Source: a virus
Lineage: Duplodnaviria > Caudoviricetes
Direction: 5' to 3' (one strand)
IMG/VR virus record: IMGVR_UViG_3300005613_000374
Location: 1-25,776 of that record
Length of the DNA stretch: 25,776 nt
Below, in pieces: positions 7,493-16,232 of the stretch (the first letter of the stretch is position 1; each line of letters begins with the position of its first letter). Below the pieces are notes generated by a model. That model worked only from the letters and a program-made list of their open reading frames with translations, made no database searches and had not been told where the DNA came from. The position numbers and the translations under genes are program-made.

Positions 7493-10360
7493 ATGCCAAG
7501 CATTAGACAGAGAATAGCAGACGTCCTTTTGGGACATGAGAGACAAAGGTTATTGGAGTCTATCGACATCCTGGAGGATGCTTACGTTCAGGGCAAATAC
7601 GCGTTTCCACCTGAGCGATTGGCGCAGGGCTTGGAGGAGTCGGCCTCTTCCTACATGATCGACTTTGTTACTCGTCTCCAGACGGGCTACGAACCAATGG
7701 GTGGCTTCGGGGATAAAACGGAATCGGAACGGTTGTACGTGGTGCAAGAATCGCGTCGGCTATGGAGAAGGGACGTTGTAACTCAATGGGCAGTCTGGTT
7801 GTGGACAAACTATGGCTTCGGGGAGAAAATTGTCATCGTTCCTAAGGATCCGGAGGCTGAAGAGATTTGGAAAGCCTTCTGGACAGCGGACGAAAACAGC
7901 ATAGTGTTGGCGGCTGATGGTCTGCAACAATTGTCTTATGATGTCCTTGTAGATGGGGAGCTATTCCTGGCCTTCTTTATCTCCACGGTAGACGGGACGT
8001 GCCAGGTCAGGGTTATAAAGTCCGACCAGATCAAGAAGGTGGTGACCGACCCGGAGGACGAAAACGTTCCTCTTTATTACAAACGTGAATGGTCTGACGA
8101 AGGCGGTTCGCTCAAATCACTGTACTATGCCGACTGGCAAGCGTTGAAGAACGGGTGGACTGCCAGGGCCAAATTCAACGATGATGTGGGACGGGCTGAA
8201 GGGATGAAAAATTCAACTACCGTCTGCGTCTTGCACATCGCGCACAACCGTAAGGCTGGCCTGCGTGGTTGGCCTATCTTCTGTGCTGGAGTGCCCTGGA
8301 CGAAAGCCCACACCCGTTTCCGAGAAGATCGTTCGACAGTAGCTGCGACCGTCGCCATGTTTGTCAATAAACTGAAGGTCAAAGGCGGGTCCCGTCCGAT
8401 AGATAACTTGAAGGCTAGATTAGAGTCCACCTTGACTGCGGGCAATCCGGAGACTAATCCCGCTGCCGCAGCGGGGTCAACGTGGCTGGAGAATCAGAGC
8501 GGTGAATTGGAACGAATGCCGCTAATGACAGGAGCCGGCGACGCTAAAATAGATGGGGAATCGCTCTTACAGATGGCCGCGTTGGGAGCGGGGGTGTATC
8601 CGCACTATATGGGTTCGGGTGACGCCTACCGCCTCGCCACAGCCTGTTACTCTGACGATACCGAAGTCCTGACTGAGAACGGCTGGAAGTCGTGGCGTGA
8701 CTGGGAATCAAGAGAGGAAATAGCTACATATTGTCACGAAAAGAGAGAAATTCAATATCTTTCACCTACAGTATTACATGAGTACGACTATGAAGGCGAA
8801 ATGGTACATATCACTGGTAGGGGCCTAGACACTATTGTTACTCCTAATCATCGAATGTTAGCCTTGAATGAAAATAATGTCAGTCGAGAGTGTGCAAAGA
8901 CCGAGTTTGAGGTAGTCGAGGCTCAACATCTGTGGTCAAGGTTCGCTCTACCTACTCAGGCTTTTATTCCCGAACGCCCAGATACTGTGTCTTATCTCAT
9001 TCCGGCTGTGGAATCAAGAACCGGTATACAACAAGATCTAGAAGTGGACATGGATGATTGGTTGCAGTTTTTGGGATGGTGGCTGTCTGAGGGTAACTTG
9101 TCAAATTATTCCATATCAATTCACCAATCTGCTAATTCTGCTAACGTATCACAGATCCAAAGATTGTTAGATAGGCTGCCTTGGAAATACACTCTACGCG
9201 ACAGAGGTAATGGTCAATTGGAATGGAGAATACATAACAAATCTTTGGCTGTTTGGCTCAAGGCTAATTGTGGTAATGGGGCGAATAAAAAGCATTTGCC
9301 ATCACTTGCATTTGACCTTTCGCGCAGACAGACATTGATCTTACTTGATACTTTGTGGGACGGCGACGGACATTGGGCTGTTGAGGAAGATGGACACTCG
9401 TTTAATACCTACATAGGCGCGTACTATTCTACGTCAAAGCAGCTGATTGACGGTATGCAACAATTGCTTCTACATTGTGGACATTGGGGGGCGTTGTCTG
9501 TGAACTGTGAGGAAAATTCCAAGGAACAATTCCCACAGAACGCTACCGTTTGGGTATTGTATCGGGCTGAGAGACAGAAGAGAAGTTTGGCCCGTAGATT
9601 GAATGTGCGATACATTCAGTATAAGGGCAAGGTATGGTGTTTTGAGGCTCCGCCAAACAAGATGTTCATTACTAGACGTAATGGATGTCCATTGATTGCT
9701 GGCAATACGGCGATGGAAGGTCCGGTCCTGCGTCAATGGTCGCGTTATCAAACCTTCTGGGCTGCACAATTTCGGAGAATGGTACGAATCGTCTTATGGG
9801 CTGCGTCGATCTATTCCCAATCGAATGAATTCCAGATTGATGTTCCGGACAAGTTCGCCGACGTGGAGGTTACCGTGTCTACCGACAAGCTCGTAGAGGT
9901 AGATTTGGAGATCATCAGCCAGGCCATGTCGGCCATGTTGCGAGATGGGCTATTGCCCTATGTGCAGACGGGCATGATCAATACCGAAATGGCGCAGGGT
10001 ATTTTAACTTCCGTGTGGCGAATGGTGCTCGAGGCCTTGGGTACATCTGATGTAGTAGATATTATACCCGCTGAAGTCGAATCGGGAGAATCTATTCAAC
10101 AGTCACCGACGCAGGGTGAACTACAGGCAGCCAGTTCACTGATCGGAGTAATGAAAGGTTGGGACGCCAGGATGGACATGCTGGAAGGAGAACTACGCGA
10201 GACGCACATTGTTCCGGAAGAGGTCAATATTACCTGTCCTTTCCCCGGCTGTGGAGGCCAGGTTGCTTATCGTTATCCCGGCCATCCGCCCAATCTGTTG
10301 GTGTGTGCCACATGCGAGAGAACGTTCGATAGTAACACAGAATACCACAAATCGGAGTAA
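7493..10360 (+). CDS. Portal protein precursor with intein and C-terminal zinc ribbon
   Basis: Follows TerL; portal-like DGELF, GLRGWP and RLATA|TAMEGP motifs; ends CPFPGC...CATC. ATG 7493 with GGGAG RBS. Confidence 0.85.
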   Translation: MPSIRQRIADVLLGHERQRLLESIDILEDAYVQGKYAFPPERLAQGLEESASSYMIDFVTRLQTGYEPMGGFGDKTESERLYVVQESRRLWRRDVVTQWAVWLWTNYGFGEKIVIVPKDPEAEEIWKAFWTADENSIVLAADGLQQLSYDVLVDGELFLAFFISTVDGTCQVRVIKSDQIKKVVTDPEDENVPLYYKREWSDEGGSLKSLYYADWQALKNGWTARAKFNDDVGRAEGMKNSTTVCVLHIAHNRKAGLRGWPIFCAGVPWTKAHTRFREDRSTVAATVAMFVNKLKVKGGSRPIDNLKARLESTLTAGNPETNPAAAAGSTWLENQSGELERMPLMTGAGDAKIDGESLLQMAALGAGVYPHYMGSGDAYRLATACYSDDTEVLTENGWKSWRDWESREEIATYCHEKREIQYLSPTVLHEYDYEGEMVHITGRGLDTIVTPNHRMLALNENNVSRECAKTEFEVVEAQHLWSRFALPTQAFIPERPDTVSYLIPAVESRTGIQQDLEVDMDDWLQFLGWWLSEGNLSNYSISIHQSANSANVSQIQRLLDRLPWKYTLRDRGNGQLEWRIHNKSLAVWLKANCGNGANKKHLPSLAFDLSRRQTLILLDTLWDGDGHWAVEEDGHSFNTYIGAYYSTSKQLIDGMQQLLLHCGHWGALSVNCEENSKEQFPQNATVWVLYRAERQKRSLARRLNVRYIQYKGKVWCFEAPPNKMFITRRNGCPLIAGNTAMEGPVLRQWSRYQTFWAAQFRRMVRIVLWAASIYSQSNEFQIDVPDKFADVEVTVSTDKLVEVDLEIISQAMSAMLRDGLLPYVQTGMINTEMAQGILTSVWRMVLEALGTSDVVDIIPAEVESGESIQQSPTQGELQAASSLIGVMKGWDARMDMLEGELRETHIVPEEVNITCPFPGCGGQVAYRYPGHPPNLLVCATCERTFDSNTEYHKSE
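8645..9706 (+). mobile_element. Intein with LAGLIDADG homing endonuclease in the portal (354 aa)
   Basis: N-terminus CYSDDTEVLTENGWK, block B VTPNHRM, FLGWWLSEG and LLDTLWDGDG motifs, C-terminus VWCF...IAGN|T; visibly AT-richer than its flanks. Confidence 0.93.
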
Positions 10361-10362
10361 CT

Positions 10363-12381
10363 ATGTCTATTCCGCATAAGACTCGCCAGGATGCTGAAGA
10401 CCAAGAGCGACGCCAGGCACTGCGTACCAAGATACTGAAGGATATTACCGCGACCGATGATCGCTTATTCCAGCATAGTCTGGAGCGGTTCCTGGCCATT
10501 TCCGATGAAGAGTGGCAAGCGGTACTGGACAGCGAGGCGGAGTGGGAACGACGGCGGACGGTTACTGCCGAAGCAGACTTCGGAGAGAAGTCGCCTCCTT
10601 GGATGTCGTTAGTGTCTCAAGGTAGCCCGGTGATGCAGATAGCACATGGGGCTATGATGCAAGACGACCTCGCAGAGCAGACACGTCGTGGGGAGTTGAC
10701 CGCGCAGCGAGCCAGGGCCTATCAAGATGAATTGGCAATACAGGCCAAGCGGGTTGGCTGTCCCCACTATCGGGGGACTCTCCGCCTCGGTCCGGAATGG
10801 ATAGAACTGGACAAGAAAAGCATTGAGGACGCCCACAGTATCACTGACACCTACAACAGCGACTTGGCCAAGGCGATCAACAAGATTAGGACGGATGTAC
10901 CCACCGCCAATCGCAACACCTACGCCAAGCGCTTACGAGACTGGAACGATAATCGTTCGCAGTGGAAAGAACGGCAGATAGCACAGCATACCGACTTATC
11001 GGCTCGGAATCAGGCTCAGCGGGACTTCTACCGCAACAATGGGATCAGGACAGGAATGGCGGTATTGAGACCTCGGACAGCAGTATGTCCGATTTGTAAC
11101 GGATGGATAAATAGAGGCGAGACTCCGATTCAGGTGGCGTTGTCGAACCCTGGCCCATACCATCCCAACTGTGTCCCACCGGGTGAGCCGGTGCTCATGG
11201 CAGATGGGACAGAGAAGGCTATTGAGGATGTTGCTGTTGGTGATGAAGTGCTGACTAGCAAGGGGCAATGTCTAGTAAAGCAAATATTTCGGCGACAGAC
11301 TCAGGAACCGGTTTATCAGCTCTTTGTTGGCGGTCGAGTTCTACGAGTGACTGGCGAACATCCGGTGATGACCACGAGCGGGTGGATTCCTGCGCGAGAT
11401 TTGCGAGTTGGTGATTTGGTACACACAACACAGGGGACACACCGAGTCACAAAGGTTGAAGTCGAGGACTATGTAGGCGACGTATTCAACCTGGAGACTG
11501 AGAACGAAGAGTATGTTGTCTCTGGTGTTGTGATTCACAATTGCCCGCATTATTGGGACGTATATTCTCCCGAAGTATCAGCCGATGACTGTGCCAATTT
11601 GTGGAGGCCCGGCATACCACCAGGCCGCGGCGGTATGCCGAGTGTGCCAGAAGAACCCGAAATGCCAATATTTGCTACAACGAAAGATGCTGATGAATGG
11701 GCGTTATCGCAAAAGTCATTAAATCCAGAACCGACATTTCGGCAGCATCAATCGCTGAAGAAGTATAAGGGGTCTGCATACTCCGATCTTAATTATGACT
11801 TGCGGAAATTTGGATATACAGATAATCCAATTGTAACAGATATAGATGTTATGATTGATAGATCAAAAGTATCTGCTCCAGGAGTGAGATTATATAGAGG
11901 CGGAGGCAAACGGACCGCTGCGATGTTCGGCAATGTAGGTGATTCAATCGGTGCAGAAATACAGGATCGAGCTTACGTGTCTACAACTCTAAATAAGCGA
12001 AGAGCTGAAAGCATGACTTTTGGTCGCGGGACATTGATTGAGATAGAAGTTCCACAAGGTGCATCTGGATTGTACATGGAACCATATACCAGCTTGGAGT
12101 ACAGCGAAGCAGAATTGCTTTTACCGCGTGATTCTGTATTCAGAGTCATTGATGATAAAGTAATTGGCGATACTCGCCATTTAAAAATGAGATGGGTTAG
12201 GCGAGGTGAACACCTAACAAGTCCTGAATTACAGATTGTCACAGACCAGATCAAGGATGTGGAACAGGCTCTGGATGACATGGCGGATATATTCTATGAT
12301 GCTAAATTTGAAGGCCCAGGTAAAGGAATAGATGGGAAAGGACTTGACAACATTTTATCCTTGGTAGGAGTTAAGAAGTAA
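10363..12381 (+). CDS. MuF/SPP1 gp7-like minor head protein with mini-intein and C-terminal ADP-ribosyltransferase toxin domain
   Basis: Follows the portal; CPIC...PYHPN|C motif split by a Hint domain; C-terminal LNYDLR...LYRG...YVSTT...SEAELLLPR (VIP2/ADPrib_exo_Tox pattern). Confidence 0.88.
   Translation: MSIPHKTRQDAEDQERRQALRTKILKDITATDDRLFQHSLERFLAISDEEWQAVLDSEAEWERRRTVTAEADFGEKSPPWMSLVSQGSPVMQIAHGAMMQDDLAEQTRRGELTAQRARAYQDELAIQAKRVGCPHYRGTLRLGPEWIELDKKSIEDAHSITDTYNSDLAKAINKIRTDVPTANRNTYAKRLRDWNDNRSQWKERQIAQHTDLSARNQAQRDFYRNNGIRTGMAVLRPRTAVCPICNGWINRGETPIQVALSNPGPYHPNCVPPGEPVLMADGTEKAIEDVAVGDEVLTSKGQCLVKQIFRRQTQEPVYQLFVGGRVLRVTGEHPVMTTSGWIPARDLRVGDLVHTTQGTHRVTKVEVEDYVGDVFNLETENEEYVVSGVVIHNCPHYWDVYSPEVSADDCANLWRPGIPPGRGGMPSVPEEPEMPIFATTKDADEWALSQKSLNPEPTFRQHQSLKKYKGSAYSDLNYDLRKFGYTDNPIVTDIDVMIDRSKVSAPGVRLYRGGGKRTAAMFGNVGDSIGAEIQDRAYVSTTLNKRRAESMTFGRGTLIEIEVPQGASGLYMEPYTSLEYSEAELLLPRDSVFRVIDDKVIGDTRHLKMRWVRRGEHLTSPELQIVTDQIKDVEQALDDMADIFYDAKFEGPGKGIDGKGLDNILSLVGVKK
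11170..11541 (+). mobile_element. Mini-intein (124 aa, no endonuclease) in MuF
   Basis: CVPPGEPVLMADG...VTGEHP...VFNLET...VVIHN|C. Confidence 0.92.
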
Positions 12382-12383
12382 CA

Positions 12384-12575
12384 ATGAATAATAGGAAACG
12401 TACAATTGAGCGTTTTGGCTGGAAACTTGGAGACTTCTTGTTCGTTACATCACCAGAGAATAGCGAGAGCGCGGAGAAGCTCCACACCGATTTGCAGAAG
12501 GAACATGATACAATATCCAAGAAAGAACAAACAGAGTACGGCCACATTCATTTCGAGCCCGCAGAGCCTGATTGA
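12384..12575 (+). CDS. Small protein, candidate immunity partner of the MuF-ART
   Basis: Starts 2 nt after the toxin gene stop, AGGAG upstream; function inferred from position only. Confidence 0.5.
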   Translation: MNNRKRTIERFGWKLGDFLFVTSPENSESAEKLHTDLQKEHDTISKKEQTEYGHIHFEPAEPD

Positions 12576-12589
12576 GGTGCTATTCAGTT

Positions 12590-12805
12590 ATGGTAGACAC
12601 AGAAAAGGCTGCTCCTCTATTCGTGCCGGTGATAGACGAAGAGAACTTCATTCTCTTGGGGGGAATCAAGATCGCTCGGTGGATTCCAGATAGGGGCACT
12701 CTGGCGTTCCACGACAAAGACGACAGACGAGTAGATCGACGCAGAGCAGAATGTGTGGAAGTGAAGATTCTGCAATTGGTCGACTTCTTGGAGACGCTGT
12801 GTTGA
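12590..12805 (+). CDS. Hypothetical protein (71 aa)
   Basis: ATG 12590 with GAGGTG RBS. Confidence 0.65.
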   Translation: MVDTEKAAPLFVPVIDEENFILLGGIKIARWIPDRGTLAFHDKDDRRVDRRRAECVEVKILQLVDFLETLC

Positions 12806-12812
12806 TGAAAAC

Positions 12813-12841
12813 TTGACAATTCCAGAAATTTATGTTATACT
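12813..12841 (+). promoter_or_regulatory. Sigma70 promoter of the capsid/tail operon
   Basis: TTGACA (12813-12818), 17 nt spacer, extended TG, TATACT (12836-12841). Confidence 0.85.
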
Positions 12842-12905
12842 GATATATAATACAATATTGATTTGTACCTGAGAGCCGCGGACAGCCTTTATAGGTGAAC
12901 AGTCG

Positions 12906-12960
12906 AGAGCCGAGAGGTGCACGAGACGAGTATTTCGTGTTGCTTCCGGCTCTTTTTGTT
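12906..12960 (+). terminator. Leader terminator/attenuator
   Basis: AGAGCCG..GCACGAGA-loop-TTTCGTGT..CGGCTCT followed by a T-rich tract, upstream of the first late ORF. Confidence 0.7.
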
Positions 12961-12975
12961 GTATAAGGAGAAGCT

Positions 12976-13434
12976 ATGCCTGCTGAAGTGTTCATCCCAA
13001 CGTATCTACAGTTACAGACAGTACGAGCCTCGGCCGCTCTGCCCGCAGCGGGGGCTTTCGATGCTAGTCCCACCGAGCTATATTGCGTGACGTTCAACTT
13101 CGTGACTTTCTATATGAGCTACATTCGCGGTGGCGCAGGGGGAGCCTTCGATTTCACCTTACAGGCGTCGCCCTATGTCGCAGACTTGGCTGGGGTGGAG
13201 GACTGGTTCACACAGGGGATTATCGCTGGTGGGGCGGTAGCAGCCAGCACCGATACCACTTCCCTGACGCAGCGGGAATTTGTCAGCTACGGCGCGGTTG
13301 GGGCGGTCATGGAGAATTTCGTCTATGGCCCGGTAGAATTGCGGGGTACGGTAGAACGGTTACGGATGCCCTGTGCAGAATCGGGTAACGTCGGCGCGCC
13401 GGGAACTTTGCACATCGTGGCGGTGTTCGCGTGA
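12976..13434 (+). CDS. Hypothetical beta-rich protein, probably virion-associated
   Basis: Strong RBS AAGGAG; Ala/Gly/Thr/Val-rich; first gene of the late unit. Confidence 0.65.
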   Translation: MPAEVFIPTYLQLQTVRASAALPAAGAFDASPTELYCVTFNFVTFYMSYIRGGAGGAFDFTLQASPYVADLAGVEDWFTQGIIAGGAVAASTDTTSLTQREFVSYGAVGAVMENFVYGPVELRGTVERLRMPCAESGNVGAPGTLHIVAVFA

Positions 13435-13436
13435 GG

Positions 13437-13580
13437 ATGAAATTAACGCGCATCGGATATCCGGCGAAGGTCGTCGGCGTAATACCGCGCAGAGCCTTCA
13501 ACCCGGCTACACCGGACTGGACAGTAGCATATAGACGTATATTATTGTTGTGGGCCTACGTGACGGGTTGGGAGCCATAG
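13437..13580 (+). CDS. Small hypothetical protein (47 aa, not in track)
   Basis: MKLTRIGYPAKVVGVIPRRAFNPATPDWTVAYRRILLLWAYVTGWEP; starts 2 nt after the upstream stop. Confidence 0.5.
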   Translation: MKLTRIGYPAKVVGVIPRRAFNPATPDWTVAYRRILLLWAYVTGWEP

Positions 13581-13630
13581 GAGTGAAACATGATAGGACT
13601 GATATCCATAAACGAAAGGAGTAATTAAGA

Positions 13631-13756
13631 ATGGCAACAAGAAGGGGAAGTGCAGGTCGAGGCAGCAGAGGTTCATGTGGTGGTACTCGTCGTCGAGATG
13701 GTAGTGGCGGCGGTGTTGGCAACAGAGGTACTTCTCGGCAGCCGAAGAGAAAGTAA
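13631..13756 (+). CDS. Arg/Gly-rich basic microprotein (41 aa, not in track)
   Basis: MATRRGSAGRGSRGSCGGTRRRDGSGGGVGNRGTSRQPKRK with RBS GAAAGGAG. Confidence 0.7.
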   Translation: MATRRGSAGRGSRGSCGGTRRRDGSGGGVGNRGTSRQPKRK

Positions 13757-13800
13757 GTATTACGTTGCTTAGAGCGACTGAGCCTGGAGGGGAAAGCGAC

Positions 13801-15162
13801 ATGGCCTATGCGCGATGGGAAGATGTAAATAATACCTTGAAAGACATAAAGCCCAGAATTAGTTTGAACCAGGCAAATATGATTGCGCGTTGGGCTGACA
13901 AGATGGAGACAGCAGGTAATTCGCCCGATTCCGCTTACGCCGCCAGTATTGCCCAATTCAAGAACATCTATGTTCCTAATCCTAACGACAGACGCTGGGT
14001 GAAAAAGGAAACGGGCGAGAAAGAGGAGAACGACTTGATGGAAGAGGTGACCAAGACGATAGGTGGGGAATCGCGTCCTGCGGGTGATTTCCTGGTGGTG
14101 ATAGACGCAGAGAAATCTTCTACTTGGCATTTACCTGTCAAGAAGAATGGCAAGCCGGATCACAGACTTATGGGGGCAGCTTGGGCCGCGTTGCACGCGG
14201 GTTTTCGGGGCAATACCTACGACGGCCCTCAGAAATCAGAGGCTATCTCTAAATTGAAGACTTTGTATAACAGCGAAGAGATAGAACTGCCGGAAGCTGA
14301 ACCTCGAGAGGTTTCCAGCCCGCAGACCATGAGGGAACAATTGTCCGATGGTAGCATGGATGAATTTGGCCAACGGATTCGGTGGGCGTTTCAAGACGCA
14401 TTTGGTGGTGGAGATGATGTGGATTTATCCCCACTGCTTGTGTTGGAGGTTTTCCGATCACATCCCCGCATGGGTAATTGTGTGATTGTAGAAGACTCGG
14501 GCTATCTATTCTATCAAGTCAGCTATGAGGAGGCAGGACGCGACTTTTACTTTGCTGAGCAGAGGGATTGGCAGGAGGTAGTCAGAGCATGGGAGCCTTT
14601 GTCAAATTCCGAGACAGAAGAGACGACAACGGTTGAGGTAGCGGAATCAGAATTGGAAGAGGTTAAGGTGGGGCACGCACTAAGGCTGGTAGAATCTGAG
14701 GGAGAGCAGACAGACATCGTGCCGTTGGCAATGGAGGTCTGCCTGATTGAGCCCGGCTGGGGCAACAAACGTGACATGAACTTCTATCCTGCCGAGGTTC
14801 TAAAGCGCGACTCAGGAGTTTTTGTCGATGCCAAGATGTACGAAAAGGACCATACTCCCGACAAGACGAATCGAGACTGGGTATCTATTGTAGATTCGAT
14901 TGTTGGTGAAACGGAATTGGGTGGGCCTGTGGCGAGAGTCATAGTGCATGATGAGGGGTTTGCCAAGAGAGTCATCGCCTTGAGTAAGGCTAACAAGTTG
15001 CAACATTTAGAATGCTCGATCATGGCTCGTGGCAAGGCCAAGGCTGATCAACAAATTGGTGAACAACGCGGCAATTGGGTGGAGGGAATTACCGAAGCCC
15101 TTGCAGTAGATTGGGTCACCAGGGCTGGCGCGAGAGGGCATGCCGTCAGTTTAGATAAATAG
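13801..15162 (+). CDS. Capsid maturation (prohead) protease with N-terminal accessory domains
   Basis: C-terminal FYPAEVL...KMYEKDH...ECSI...AVDWVTRAGARG pattern (His/Ser/Asp); head-module position; ATG 13801 after GGAGG. Confidence 0.75.
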   Translation: MAYARWEDVNNTLKDIKPRISLNQANMIARWADKMETAGNSPDSAYAASIAQFKNIYVPNPNDRRWVKKETGEKEENDLMEEVTKTIGGESRPAGDFLVVIDAEKSSTWHLPVKKNGKPDHRLMGAAWAALHAGFRGNTYDGPQKSEAISKLKTLYNSEEIELPEAEPREVSSPQTMREQLSDGSMDEFGQRIRWAFQDAFGGGDDVDLSPLLVLEVFRSHPRMGNCVIVEDSGYLFYQVSYEEAGRDFYFAEQRDWQEVVRAWEPLSNSETEETTTVEVAESELEEVKVGHALRLVESEGEQTDIVPLAMEVCLIEPGWGNKRDMNFYPAEVLKRDSGVFVDAKMYEKDHTPDKTNRDWVSIVDSIVGETELGGPVARVIVHDEGFAKRVIALSKANKLQHLECSIMARGKAKADQQIGEQRGNWVEGITEALAVDWVTRAGARGHAVSLDK

Positions 15163-15171
15163 GAGGTTGTC

Positions 15172-15639
15172 ATGTCAAAAAAGCGAGAGGAAGAACTCGA
15201 CCGTCAATTGGAAGAATTGGACGAGATCATTATTGCCGAGGAAGAGGCTGAGCAGGTCGAAGAGGCGAACGGAGAATTAGAGCCACAAGAATCCGACCTT
15301 GAAAGTAATTCTGTAGAATCCTCGGAAGCAGGAGATGACCCTGGCGAGATGTCAGGCGAGGAAAGTCAACATTTATCTGAGACCGATGTGGCGACATTTC
15401 TCTCCAGGACACGCCTGCCGGAAGTAGTGAAGCAGCGATTGGGCAAGAGTCAATATTCTGACCTTGACGATCTGAAAACAACAGCAGCGAACGAGATCGA
15501 GTATGTCAAGGCCGTGACCGGGTCGGGCAAGCCGTTCGGGTTGGGGGAGACTCAAGATGTTCCTGTTGATACCAAGCTGGATGAGAATGCATATAAGGAA
15601 CGCCTTGACGAAATCAACAAGAAGTGGTTGGGCGCGTAG
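15172..15639 (+). CDS. Scaffolding-like acidic protein
   Basis: Very Glu-rich and helical; lies between protease and capsid genes. Confidence 0.65.
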   Translation: MSKKREEELDRQLEELDEIIIAEEEAEQVEEANGELEPQESDLESNSVESSEAGDDPGEMSGEESQHLSETDVATFLSRTRLPEVVKQRLGKSQYSDLDDLKTTAANEIEYVKAVTGSGKPFGLGETQDVPVDTKLDENAYKERLDEINKKWLGA

Positions 15640-15686
15640 CGTCCGGCTCCTAGAATTGTAGTTTAGGAACTACAGGAGGTTTCACA

Positions 15687-16181
15687 ATGACTGAAACGAT
15701 CAATCAAGACTATGAGGTTTCGAGTGAAGGTGCAGTACGCCACTGGGAAATTCCCTATGCCCGAATGACCGATACCACGCCTACGGTAACTCAACCGGCG
15801 GAGGTAACCTGCCTGTTGGCTGGAAGCGAATTGACCGGCACAGTATTGGCGGTTGACTCCGATGACAGCGTGGCTATTGTGGATTTTACTTGCTCGATGG
15901 TCTATGAGCACAACGTCCGCAACGTATTGACCTACTCTGGTGCAGCAGAGAACACGTGGGGAGCGATCAATATCGGAGATCTGGTATACTATGACAGTTC
16001 TGGAACTATGCCAGCCGGTACAAAACTGAGCACCAGCCCGTTGGACAGCGCTGGTGGAGCTAATCCTATCTTCGGACGGGCGGTAGCGTATGACATTGCT
16101 ACTGACACCTTCCCGAAGGGCGGAGTTACCGCGTCCACGCAGGTGTGTGCTGTAATGCAGGTGGGTGCTGGCGGTTCGTAA
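15687..16181 (+). CDS. Head decoration/cement protein
   Basis: AINIGDLVYYD motif; directly before the major capsid gene. Confidence 0.7.
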   Translation: MTETINQDYEVSSEGAVRHWEIPYARMTDTTPTVTQPAEVTCLLAGSELTGTVLAVDSDDSVAIVDFTCSMVYEHNVRNVLTYSGAAENTWGAINIGDLVYYDSSGTMPAGTKLSTSPLDSAGGANPIFGRAVAYDIATDTFPKGGVTASTQVCAVMQVGAGGS

Positions 16182-16232
16182 ACACTGACAGTTATAGAAA
16201 TAACTGTCCAGGAATGTAATGGAGGTAATACC

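Noticed and set aside
12344-12375. TTGACA near the end of the MuF gene as an internal promoter for the immunity ORF
   Set aside because: No TAnnnT -10 at 16-18 nt spacing.
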